This document shows, piece by piece, positions 40,275 through 48,334 of a stretch of DNA of 64,000 nucleotides. The translations under genes were made by a program, and so were the position numbers. Below the pieces are notes generated by a model that saw only the letters and a program-made list of their open reading frames with translations, was not told the origin of the DNA and searched no databases. The stretch covers positions 797-64,796 of the forward strand of contig CAKPJC010000010.1 of assembly GCA_934162535.1 (NCBI GenBank). Reading direction: 5' to 3'. This stretch comes from an uncultured Clostridia bacterium. GTDB lineage: Bacteria; Bacillota; Clostridia; TANB77; CAG-508. The first letter of the stretch is position 1, and the number at the start of each line of letters is the position of its first letter.

Positions 40275-41024
40275 TTACATATCTTCCTTCTTATAGTTTT
40301 TATATCCTTGTTCTTCGATTTCTTTTGCTAATTCTGCTGAACCTGTTTTTACGATTTTGCCATTTACTAATATGTGTACATAATCAACCTTTAGGTTTTC
40401 TAAGATTTTCATATTATGTGTAATTATTAGTATCGCATTTTCATCATTTTTGAACATGTCTATTCCTTTTGATACTGCTCTTACCGCATCTACGTCAAGT
40501 CCTGAATCTGTTTCGTCAAGTATTGCTAGTTTAGGATTTAATACTAACATTTGTAATATTTCGTTTTTCTTTTTTTCTCCACCGGAAAATCCTACATTAA
40601 GGTTTCTTTCTACTAGTTTAGGATTCATGTTTAATTCTTCTACATATTTTTCTACTTCATCTCTTAATTGAAATATTTTTACAGGTTTTCCTGTTATTTT
40701 ATTTTTTGCATATTTTAGAAAGTTCATTGTAGATATTCCTGGTATTTCTTGTGGTAACTGGAATGACATAAAGATTCCCTTTCTAGCAATTTTGTCTGTT
40801 GTTAGGTTTGTTATATCTTCATTATCAAATATTATTTCTCCACTTTCTTTTTGATATTCAGGATTATTTAATATTGCATGTGCTGTTGTTGATTTTCCGG
40901 CACCATTTGGTCCCATTATTACATGTACTTCACCTTTGTTTATTGTTAAGTTTAAACCTTTTAATATTTCTTTTTCTTCTGCTTTTACATATACGTCTTT
41001 TATTTCTAATAGTTTTTCTGCCAT
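40275..41024 (-). CDS. sufC: Fe-S cluster assembly ATPase SufC.
   Basis: Walker A GPNGAGKST, signature FSGGEKKKNEI, Walker B LAILDETDSGLD. Confidence 0.95.
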   Translation of the reverse strand: MAEKLLEIKDVYVKAEEKEILKGLNLTINKGEVHVIMGPNGAGKSTTAHAILNNPEYQKESGEIIFDNEDITNLTTDKIARKGIFMSFQLPQEIPGISTMNFLKYAKNKITGKPVKIFQLRDEVEKYVEELNMNPKLVERNLNVGFSGGEKKKNEILQMLVLNPKLAILDETDSGLDVDAVRAVSKGIDMFKNDENAILIITHNMKILENLKVDYVHILVNGKIVKTGSAELAKEIEEQGYKNYKKEDM

Positions 41025-41028
41025 TATA

Positions 41029-41484
41029 TTACACTTCCTTTTTTCTTAATACTTTTCTTCTACAATTTCTACATTCTTCTTTGTTAATATCATAATTGCA
41101 ATCTAAATTATAGATTCCTAATAAATTATGCACATATTTTGTTAATGCATTCAATGTATTATCTTTTAATACTGATTTTATTTTTATTGCTTCTTCTTCT
41201 GCTTCTTCTTTTTGTACTCCTAAAATTTCAGTTAGAAATATGTATGCAATGTCATATGCCTCTAAGATTTTTTTCGACAGTTGTTCCCCTTCTGGTGTTA
41301 ATTCTATTTCTCCATATACTTCATAATTTACTAAGCCTTTGGCTTTTAAAATGTTTATTGCTTTGTTTACACTTGGTTTTGAACAATTCATCTTTTCTGC
41401 TATTGTTGTTACTCTTATTTTTTCTCCTTGTTTTTTTAGGACATATATTGTTTTTAAATATTCTTCTAAAGAGCTTGTTATCAT
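41029..41484 (-). CDS. DtxR/MntR-family metal-dependent transcriptional regulator with a Cys-containing C-terminal tail.
   Basis: LEEYLKTIYVLKKQGEKIRVTTIAEKMNCSKPSVNKAINILKAKGLV.. wHTH plus dimerisation helix; tail ..CNYDINKEECRNCRRK. Start at ATG 41484 (AAAGGAG RBS). Confidence 0.8.
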   Translation of the reverse strand: MITSSLEEYLKTIYVLKKQGEKIRVTTIAEKMNCSKPSVNKAINILKAKGLVNYEVYGEIELTPEGEQLSKKILEAYDIAYIFLTEILGVQKEEAEEEAIKIKSVLKDNTLNALTKYVHNLLGIYNLDCNYDINKEECRNCRRKVLRKKEV

Positions 41485-41498
41485 ATTATTCTCCTTTT

Positions 41499-41516
41499 TG
41501 TTAACCTCGGCTAACA
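41499..41516. promoter_or_regulatory. Imperfect palindrome TGTTAGCC-GA-GGTTAACA, a candidate operator for the DtxR-like regulator.
   Basis: 8-2-8 inverted repeat with one mismatch, directly after the -10 and overlapping the expected transcription start. GTTAGCC resembles the core of the IdeR/DtxR iron-box half-site. Confidence 0.45.
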
Positions 41517-41544
41517 TTATACTTCCATTTTATGTTTTTGTCAA
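41516..41544 (-). promoter_or_regulatory. Consensus sigma-A promoter of the dtxR-like/sufCBD unit: TTGACA-17-TATAAT.
   Basis: Minus-strand TTGACAAAAACATAAAATGGAAGTATAAT. Confidence 0.6.
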
Positions 41545-41552
41545 TAGACGTG

Positions 41553-41582
41553 AGAAAAATCTCCCTAAAAAGGAAGATTTTA
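41553..41582 (-). terminator. Terminator after the repeat-rich LRR gene.
   Basis: Minus-strand AAAATCTTCC-TTTTTA-GGGAGATTTT followed by TCTC, an imperfect stem with a T-rich 3' side. Confidence 0.45.
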
Positions 41583-41594
41583 CTTCTTGAAGTC

Positions 41595-43832
41595 CTATTG
41601 TTGTTTCCCATATTCTTGTTTTTTAGATTTGGCTTGCTCCTGCTCAATTTTATTTGCTTCATTAACTTGTTCTATTGTTGTTCCTTGTAATAGTGCACAT
41701 TTTAAAGCATTTTCTGGTGTTATATTTTCTTGCTTTGCTCTGGCTGAGTATTCTCTTATTGCTTCAGCCCCTCCTCTTCTGAACATTTCTGCAAAGGTTG
41801 CATTGTTTTCTAAAAATTTATTTCCAATTTCTAGAACTTGTGGCATACTCACTTCTGTTAAAGCTTTATTCTCATATAGGAAGTTCCATCCAATGCTTTG
41901 AATTTGTGGTAAATTCACTTCTGTTAAAGCTTTATTCTCAGGTAGGAAGTAACTTCCAATGCTTTGAATTTGTGGTAAATTCACTTCTGTTAAAGCTTTA
42001 TTCTTATATAGGAAGTTATTTCCAATGCTTTGAACTTGTGGTAAGCTCACTTCTGTTAAAGCTTCATTGTAAGTTAGGAAGTTATCTTCAATACTTTTGA
42101 CTTGTGGTAAGCTCAACTTTGCTAAAATTTCATTGCAGCATAGGAAGTTACCTCCAATGCTTTGAACTTGTGGCAAATTCAATTCTGTTAAAGCTCTATT
42201 GCCATGTAGGAAGCTATCTTCAATACTTTGAACTTGTGGCAAGCTCAACTTTGCTAAAACTTCATCCCAACATAGGAAGTCACGTCCAATGCTTTGAACC
42301 TGTGGTAAGTTCAATTCTGTTAAAACTTCATCGTAAAATAGGAAACGCCCTCCAATGCTTTGAACCTGTGGTAAGTTCAATTCTGTTAAAACATTATTTT
42401 CAGCCAGGAAGTTATCTTCAATGCTTTGAACTTGTGGTAAGCTCACTTCTGTTAAAGCTTCATTGTAATATAGGAAGTTATCTCCAATGCTCTGAACCTG
42501 TGGTAAGTTCAATTCTGTTAAAGCTTTATTGCAATATAGGAAGTTATCTCCAATGCTCTGAACCTGTGGTAATTGCAATTCTGTTAAAGCTTTATTGCAA
42601 TATAGGAAGTTATCTTCAATACTTTGGACTTGTGGCAAGCTCAACTTTGCTAAAATTTCATTGCAATGTAGGAAGTTACCTCCAATGCTTTGAACTTGTG
42701 GCAAATTCAATTCTGTTAAAGCTCTATTATGTGAAAGAAAATTATCTCCAACGTTTTGTAGTTCTTTATTTGTATAACCAACTATTTGATTATCATAGTC
42801 TAATTCGATTACAATTGGTTCTGGATCGTCAGTTCTATCATCTTCCTTCTTTTTATAAATAATTACTAATCTTTTGCCTTTTTCTTTATCTTTTTTTACT
42901 TCTATTTTCTCTATGTCTGTTAAGTCGCCAACAAATGAATCAACTATAAGATTGTCTATTAAAGAATCTACTTTTTTATTTTTTAAATCAATTTTGAAAT
43001 AATCACATAATATTACTTCTTCTGGATTCCCTATTTCCTTTGCAATTCCATCCTCTATAACAATATTTCCAGGGCAATAATATTTTCCATCTATTTCTAA
43101 ATTATATTTATAATATTTTCCATCGGATGTTAGGGTATACCCTGGTATTTCGAATTTCATTGTTTCTTTTGCATTTAATGAATAGCCTCGTTCTTCTAAT
43201 AATCTTGCAAAACTTTCTTGTAATCCTTCTGCTATATTATTTAAATTATTATTTAATGTACAATTAGGATTTGGAACTGTATGATTGTATCTACTTATAA
43301 TTTCGACACGACTTTTAGGTTGTTTATCAAATTGTATTGCTAATACTGATGTACTATATTCATCATCTTTTTTGGGATGTTCAAAATCTTCTCTTTCTAT
43401 TTGATCTACATCTTTTTTTGTAGCCCAAAAACATACTCTTGAATTTAATCTTCCACCATTATATATTGTACATAATACTTCATTTTCTTTATAATATTTT
43501 CTATATTCCTGTATGTCTTCTTCTGTTAAACACTCATGCAACTCGTATCCTGCTTCATCTAATATTTCATATGGAGTTCTGCTGTCTTCTTTTTTATCTT
43601 CTTCTCTGTCATCATCAAAAGCAGTATATATTAAATCTTTAAAATCCTCTTTTAATCCATTTTCTTCAATACTTTCACATAATGTGTTACAATTTCTCGA
43701 AAACTTTTCTTGCAAGATTTTTAATAAAGCTCCTTCTTGATCTAATATTTGTGGGAATAACTCTCTGCATAATCTACTAAACTTTTCGCCATATATTCTC
43801 TTAATCTTTTTTAATTCATCTGATTGTGCCAT
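41595..43832 (-). CDS. Cytoplasmic leucine-rich-repeat protein: a roughly 350-aa N-terminal domain of unknown family, 15 tandem 22-aa repeats, and a 61-aa helical tail.
   Basis: No signal peptide or TM. Repeat unit LPQVQSIGDNFLYCNKALTELN, related to the TpLRR/BspA pattern LxxIxIPxxVxxIGxxAF. Confidence 0.8.
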   Translation of the reverse strand: MAQSDELKKIKRIYGEKFSRLCRELFPQILDQEGALLKILQEKFSRNCNTLCESIEENGLKEDFKDLIYTAFDDDREEDKKEDSRTPYEILDEAGYELHECLTEEDIQEYRKYYKENEVLCTIYNGGRLNSRVCFWATKKDVDQIEREDFEHPKKDDEYSTSVLAIQFDKQPKSRVEIISRYNHTVPNPNCTLNNNLNNIAEGLQESFARLLEERGYSLNAKETMKFEIPGYTLTSDGKYYKYNLEIDGKYYCPGNIVIEDGIAKEIGNPEEVILCDYFKIDLKNKKVDSLIDNLIVDSFVGDLTDIEKIEVKKDKEKGKRLVIIYKKKEDDRTDDPEPIVIELDYDNQIVGYTNKELQNVGDNFLSHNRALTELNLPQVQSIGGNFLHCNEILAKLSLPQVQSIEDNFLYCNKALTELQLPQVQSIGDNFLYCNKALTELNLPQVQSIGDNFLYYNEALTEVSLPQVQSIEDNFLAENNVLTELNLPQVQSIGGRFLFYDEVLTELNLPQVQSIGRDFLCWDEVLAKLSLPQVQSIEDSFLHGNRALTELNLPQVQSIGGNFLCCNEILAKLSLPQVKSIEDNFLTYNEALTEVSLPQVQSIGNNFLYKNKALTEVNLPQIQSIGSYFLPENKALTEVNLPQIQSIGWNFLYENKALTEVSMPQVLEIGNKFLENNATFAEMFRRGGAEAIREYSARAKQENITPENALKCALLQGTTIEQVNEANKIEQEQAKSKKQEYGKQQ
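41781..42770 (-). repeat. Fifteen in-frame tandem 66-bp repeats encoding the LRR array.
   Basis: The units are visibly near-identical at DNA level, for example the recurring GGAAGTTATCTCCAATGCTCTGAACCTGTGGTAAGTTCAATTCTGTTAAAGC. Confidence 0.9.
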
Positions 43833-43844
43833 AATACTTCTCTC

Positions 43845-44150
43845 CTATCCGTATAATCTTTTTAAAACAATTTCTTCGTTATTTTTTTCTATTTTTATTA
43901 CATCCATATCATTTAATGAAATATCAGGTTTCCCACATATATTGTCTAGTTTACCAAATGCAAAGAAAGTAGTATATTCTTTATACATTGGATTTAATAA
44001 TTCTGCTGAAATATTTATATAATCATTTACATCTGGTTTTTCTTCATCATTTATATCAAAAAACTGTAGTGTTAATTCATATACATTTTTATTTTTACTA
44101 ATCAATTTGTAATTCTCTTTATTTTTTTCTATTATCTTTAATTTAACCAT
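43845..44150 (-). CDS. Hypothetical small protein (101 aa) immediately upstream of the LRR gene.
   Basis: ATG 44150 with GGAGGG 4-5 nt upstream. Its stop lies 12 nt before the LRR gene start. No recognised motif. Confidence 0.55.
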   Translation of the reverse strand: MVKLKIIEKNKENYKLISKNKNVYELTLQFFDINDEEKPDVNDYINISAELLNPMYKEYTTFFAFGKLDNICGKPDISLNDMDVIKIEKNNEEIVLKRLYG

Positions 44151-44288
44151 ATTTCCCTCCAACTTCTTTTACAATTATATGATATCATTATTAAATTTAC
44201 TTTTGCTAATTGTTACTAAAATGTCATATAAAAATAATATTTTTGTAACATATTATTAACTATGTAAGAGTAAAGAGTAACTTTTCTA

Positions 44289-44317
44289 TTGCATATTGAT
44301 TTTTTTTAGGTTATAAT
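44289..44317 (+). promoter_or_regulatory. Candidate sigma-A promoter for the DUF1064 gene: TTGCAT-17-TATAAT.
   Basis: TTGCATATTGATTTTTTTTAGGTTATAAT, about 30 nt upstream of the ATG at 44349 (AAGGAG RBS). Confidence 0.5.
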
Positions 44318-44348
44318 AGTCATGACAAATTAACAAAGGAGAATTGCA

Positions 44349-44699
44349 ATGGAACATTGGAGTATTGATGATTACAGAAATTTTAATGGAGGTAAAAAGA
44401 AAAAATCAAAATACAGAGCAAATAAAACCTCTATAGATGGGCATACATTTGATAGTAAAAAAGAAGCTGATTACTATTGCCAATTAAAACTTAGGCTTCA
44501 AGCAAAAGAAATACATGGTTTCTGTTTACAACCAACTTTTATGTTAGCACCTGGTCTAAAGTATAAGGCTGATTTTGTAGTTTTTAATAATGATAATTCA
44601 TATGATATTATAGATGTAAAAGGTGTACACACAAAAGAATACACAGCCAAGAAAAAGGTTTTTGAAGATAAATATAATATGAAAATAACAGAAATATAG
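44349..44699 (+). CDS. DUF1064-family protein (phage-associated, PD-(D/E)xK-like fold).
   Basis: SKYRANKTSIDGHTFDSKKEADYYCQL..QPTF.L..YKADFVVF..IIDVKG is a typical DUF1064 pattern. Confidence 0.7.
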   Translation: MEHWSIDDYRNFNGGKKKKSKYRANKTSIDGHTFDSKKEADYYCQLKLRLQAKEIHGFCLQPTFMLAPGLKYKADFVVFNNDNSYDIIDVKGVHTKEYTAKKKVFEDKYNMKITEI

Positions 44700-44728
44700 C
44701 AGGGCATTGTTCCCTGCTATTTATCTTT
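44697..44728. terminator. Bidirectional terminator between convergent genes.
   Basis: TAGCAGGG-CATTGTT-CCCTGCTA followed by TTTATCTTTT. It overlaps both stop codons. Confidence 0.65.
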
Positions 44729-45433
44729 TATAACTGCATTATCCTCCTGTAATATTGCTTTCTTATCATCTTCATTTATAAATTTATATTTAATCATTTT
44801 TTCTAGCACTTGTTCTTGCCTTTGTAGGGCTAAATCTAAATGCTTATTAGGTGCATATGCAGATGGTGCATTTGGTATTCCTGCTAACATACTAGCTTCA
44901 TTTCTATTTATATCTTTTGGCTCTTTACCAAAATATCCTTTTGAAGCATCATAAACACAATAATACCCATTTCCAAAATAACTTGTATTCAAATACAATT
45001 CTAATACAGTATCTTTATTACAATTTCTTTCTATCTCATATGCCATAAATATCTCTGCAATTTTTCTTAATGCAGATTTTTCCTGAGTGAAATAAATGTT
45101 TTTGGCTAATTGTTGTGTAATTGTGCTTCCTCCTTCTTTCAACTCCATAGATTTTATGTTAACAAATATTGCTCTTCCAATAGCGACTGGATCTGTTGGA
45201 CCATGTTTATAAAATCTTCTATCTTCTACTGCAATCACTGCATCTAAATAAAAGTCTGACATATCTTCTAGCTTTGTATAATTCTCTTTTGACTGTATTT
45301 CTGCAACTTTATCTGTTATACTTGTATTTTCCAGTGCTTGTTTATATATCGTATATCCTTTATATATTAATATTCCTACTGCAATTAATACAATTAATAG
45401 TATAAATCTTATTATATTTTTTATCACTTTCAT
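44717..45433 (-). CDS. mtgA: Monofunctional peptidoglycan glycosyltransferase (GT51).
   Basis: N-terminal TM, AVIAVEDRRFYKHGPTD, GGSTITQQLAKN, ..RKI.E..MA.E.E... Confidence 0.85.
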   Translation of the reverse strand: MKVIKNIIRFILLIVLIAVGILIYKGYTIYKQALENTSITDKVAEIQSKENYTKLEDMSDFYLDAVIAVEDRRFYKHGPTDPVAIGRAIFVNIKSMELKEGGSTITQQLAKNIYFTQEKSALRKIAEIFMAYEIERNCNKDTVLELYLNTSYFGNGYYCVYDASKGYFGKEPKDINRNEASMLAGIPNAPSAYAPNKHLDLALQRQEQVLEKMIKYKFINEDDKKAILQEDNAVIKDK

Positions 45434-45434
45434 A

Positions 45435-45803
45435 TTACCACCCTATTTTTGGTATAAATATTATCATTCCTATTATAAATGCACCTATGGCTAAAACTAA
45501 TACTGCTCCTGCCGAAATATCCTTGATTAGTTTCGCTTTTTCATTTTTTTCAGGACTAATCATATCAACAATGTTTTCTATTGCCGTATTAAGCAGTTCA
45601 GCAGAAATAACCAATACAATTGAAATAATGCAAAAACACCATTCAACAATGTTTATTTTCAGTATTAATCCCAATATCACTACAATAATTGTCGCCAAAA
45701 CATGAATTTTCATGTTTCTTTCACTTTTAAATGAAGCTATAATTCCTTCTATTGCATATTTAAAACTATTTATTATTTTTTTGTTTTCAATTATAATATT
45801 CAT
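45435..45803 (-). CDS. dgkA: Diacylglycerol/undecaprenol kinase, DgkA family.
   Basis: FKYAIEGIIASFKSERNMKIH, SAELLNTAIENIVD. Three TM segments. Confidence 0.9.
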   Translation of the reverse strand: MNIIIENKKIINSFKYAIEGIIASFKSERNMKIHVLATIIVVILGLILKINIVEWCFCIISIVLVISAELLNTAIENIVDMISPEKNEKAKLIKDISAGAVLVLAIGAFIIGMIIFIPKIGW

Positions 45804-45818
45804 CTAATACTCCTACTC

Positions 45819-47099
45819 TTATTTGTTTATTGTACTATATTTTAAATCAATCTCTTTGTATTCTTCAGGTTTCAATCCAACTTTATCCTTCATGTAATCT
45901 AATAATATTACAATTGTAATACTTGATAAACATCCTACAATTAGTATTGTGTTTGCAGGATTTGTTATTTTTAGTAAACCTGCACCAATTACTGTTATTA
46001 TAAATGCGCATGCCATAAAAAACATATTTCTTATTGTTGCTAATTTTATTCTTACATCTTTATTTGTAAAGTTATTTATATATCTATATATTAAAACATA
46101 ATATGAGCCTTTTACTGCTCCATGCAATACAAATAAAGAAATTATTATAATGGTAATACTAAAGTTTATATTTGTCAATGCTAAAATTCCTATTATCATA
46201 CATGAAAATGTTAATGGTATTCCTAAAAATGCAAGTGTTTTGTTTCTAAGCCTATTATGTATCAAGACTTGTGCCCTTGAAAATATTGCAGCAACTATTT
46301 GCGATAATGCAAGTATTATTCCAAAGTATTGTTCAGGTATTTGTATTTGCTCTAATACACTACTTCTAAATGTTGTCATACTATAAAGTAGACCTGATAT
46401 AATTCCAAAGAAAAGTAATAGTGAGTACATCCTTTTAGATTGAAATGCAAATTTTCCTACGTCTCTTAATTGCTTGAAATATTTGCGCACCGTTGTTTTT
46501 GTTTCTTCTTCTACTAATACAGTATGTTTAAATCTTGTAGATACAATTGCTGATATAATATTAGTAATCAAACACAATATTATCGGTATATATGGATTTA
46601 TAATATATGTAAATCCGGCTATGAGTGATGTTATTGCATCTGCAATATAATATCTTGATGTTCCAAGACCATCTATTGATGAATATAAAAATCCTCTTTT
46701 TCTTCCTTTTGGAAGTGAGTCATATAAAATATTTGTTTCACATATTCCTTTTATTACATATCCAATTGCATAAATCACAAATATAAATAACAATTGGTTG
46801 TATGATTTTACAAATATGAGCAAAAAGGAGAAGATACACATACATATATTTGCAAATACAAGGCTTCGTTTTTTCCCTATTCTTTCAACTAATAGCCCTA
46901 ATGGTATTTGTAATACAAAACATGATAATGTGAAAAATGCTTCTCCAAATAAAACTTGAGAGGACAAAAAATGTTTTGCTTGTACTAAAAATAGATATAT
47001 AATTGCATAATAAAATAGTAGATCCCATGATAACATTTTATATATAGGATATAATCTCGCATTCATTTTTCTATTTTGTCTTTCTTTTGTACTTGTCAT
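45819..47099 (-). CDS. MFS transporter.
   Basis: 426 aa, about 12 TM segments, ..GLLVERIGKKRS.. loop motif between TM2 and TM3. Confidence 0.75.
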   Translation of the reverse strand: MTSTKERQNRKMNARLYPIYKMLSWDLLFYYAIIYLFLVQAKHFLSSQVLFGEAFFTLSCFVLQIPLGLLVERIGKKRSLVFANICMCIFSFLLIFVKSYNQLLFIFVIYAIGYVIKGICETNILYDSLPKGRKRGFLYSSIDGLGTSRYYIADAITSLIAGFTYIINPYIPIILCLITNIISAIVSTRFKHTVLVEEETKTTVRKYFKQLRDVGKFAFQSKRMYSLLLFFGIISGLLYSMTTFRSSVLEQIQIPEQYFGIILALSQIVAAIFSRAQVLIHNRLRNKTLAFLGIPLTFSCMIIGILALTNINFSITIIIISLFVLHGAVKGSYYVLIYRYINNFTNKDVRIKLATIRNMFFMACAFIITVIGAGLLKITNPANTILIVGCLSSITIVILLDYMKDKVGLKPEEYKEIDLKYSTINK

Positions 47100-47123
47100 T
47101 TTCTACCTCTCTTTATATAATTA

Positions 47124-48311
47124 TTAAATTAATCTTTGTGTTTCTTTTGCAATCATTAATTCTTCATCTGTTGGAACCACATATACCTTTACTTCAGAAT
47201 TCTGTGAAGAAATTTCTTTTTCTTCTCCTCTAACTTGATTTAATTCGTTGTCTATTTTTACTCCCATAAATCCTAGTTTTTCACAAATTCCTTTTCTTAT
47301 ATTTGATTGATTTTCTCCAACTCCACCTGTAAATATAATATAGTCGATTCCATCCATAGCCATAGCATATTTTGCTATAAATGATGCTATTTCATAATTG
47401 AATTTTTCTATTGCTATTTTTGCTCTTTCATTATTATTGTGTGATTCATTTTCTATTTCTCTAAAGTCTGGTGCTAAACCTGATATTCCTTGAAGCCCTG
47501 ATTTTTTATTTAGTATTTCTTCTATTTGCTCTACTGTCAAGTTTTCTTTTTTCATTAAATATGTTACAACAGAAGGGTCTAAATCTCCTGAACGTGTAAC
47601 CATTGGTATTCCTGCTAAAGGTGTTAATCCCATACTTGTATCTATTGATTTTCCACCTTTTACTGCACATATGCTAGCTCCTTGTCCTATATGACATGTT
47701 ACTATTTTTAAATCTTTTATGTCTTTTCCAACTATTTCACTAAGTCTTTTTGACACAAACATGTGTGATGTTCCATGGAATCCATATTTTCTCACTCCAT
47801 ATTTTTCGTAATATTCATATGGTACTGGATATATGTATTGTTCTTTTTCCATTGTTTGATGAAATGCTGTGTCAAATACTCCTACCATTGGTTTACCTGG
47901 CATTACTTTTTGACATGCTTTTATTCCAATTATTCCTGGAGGATTATGTAATGGTGCTAAGTCTGTATATTCTTCTAATACTTTTACAACCTCATCATTT
48001 ATTACTGTTGATTGATTTATTTTTTCACCACCATGTACTAATCTATGTCCAATAGCAGATATTTCGTCAAGACTATCTATTACTTTGTACTCTGGGTTTA
48101 TTAGTTGTTGTAATGCAAAGTCTATTGCTTCTTCATGATTTTTTGCCGGATGGTCTATTTTTATTTTTTGACCATTTACTTTATGTGTTATAAATGCTTC
48201 ATCTTCTCCAATTCTTTCGAATTTTCCAGAAGCTAGTACATGCTCATTTTCCATATCAATTAATTGATATTTTAATGATGAACTACCAGTATTTAATACT
48301 AAAATTTTCAT
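47124..48311 (-). CDS. ackA: Acetate/propionate-family kinase, downstream paralog.
   Basis: MKILVLNTGSSSLKY, FHGTSH, TGGVGEN, VVPTDEELMIA. Confidence 0.9.
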   Translation of the reverse strand: MKILVLNTGSSSLKYQLIDMENEHVLASGKFERIGEDEAFITHKVNGQKIKIDHPAKNHEEAIDFALQQLINPEYKVIDSLDEISAIGHRLVHGGEKINQSTVINDEVVKVLEEYTDLAPLHNPPGIIGIKACQKVMPGKPMVGVFDTAFHQTMEKEQYIYPVPYEYYEKYGVRKYGFHGTSHMFVSKRLSEIVGKDIKDLKIVTCHIGQGASICAVKGGKSIDTSMGLTPLAGIPMVTRSGDLDPSVVTYLMKKENLTVEQIEEILNKKSGLQGISGLAPDFREIENESHNNNERAKIAIEKFNYEIASFIAKYAMAMDGIDYIIFTGGVGENQSNIRKGICEKLGFMGVKIDNELNQVRGEEKEISSQNSEVKVYVVPTDEELMIAKETQRLI

Positions 48312-48334
48312 TATTGATTACCTTCCTTGTTTAA

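Noticed and set aside
42104-42862. 252-aa plus-strand ORF, and similar Leu/Phe/Ser-rich ORFs throughout the track (for example 62854-63888, 30210-30932, 19896-20477 and 13008-13487).
   Set aside because: All are antisense shadows of well-supported minus-strand genes in AT-rich DNA. They have low-complexity composition, no RBS and no recognisable motifs. The 42104-42862 ORF merely mirrors the 66-bp LRR repeats.
43300-43420. YSTSV motif in the N-domain of the repeat LRR protein, reminiscent of the STS motif of ADP-ribosyltransferase toxins.
   Set aside because: No upstream Arg in the right context. The only downstream Glu (RVEII) is about 15 residues away, whereas R-S-E enzymes have roughly 40 and an ExE/QxE pattern.
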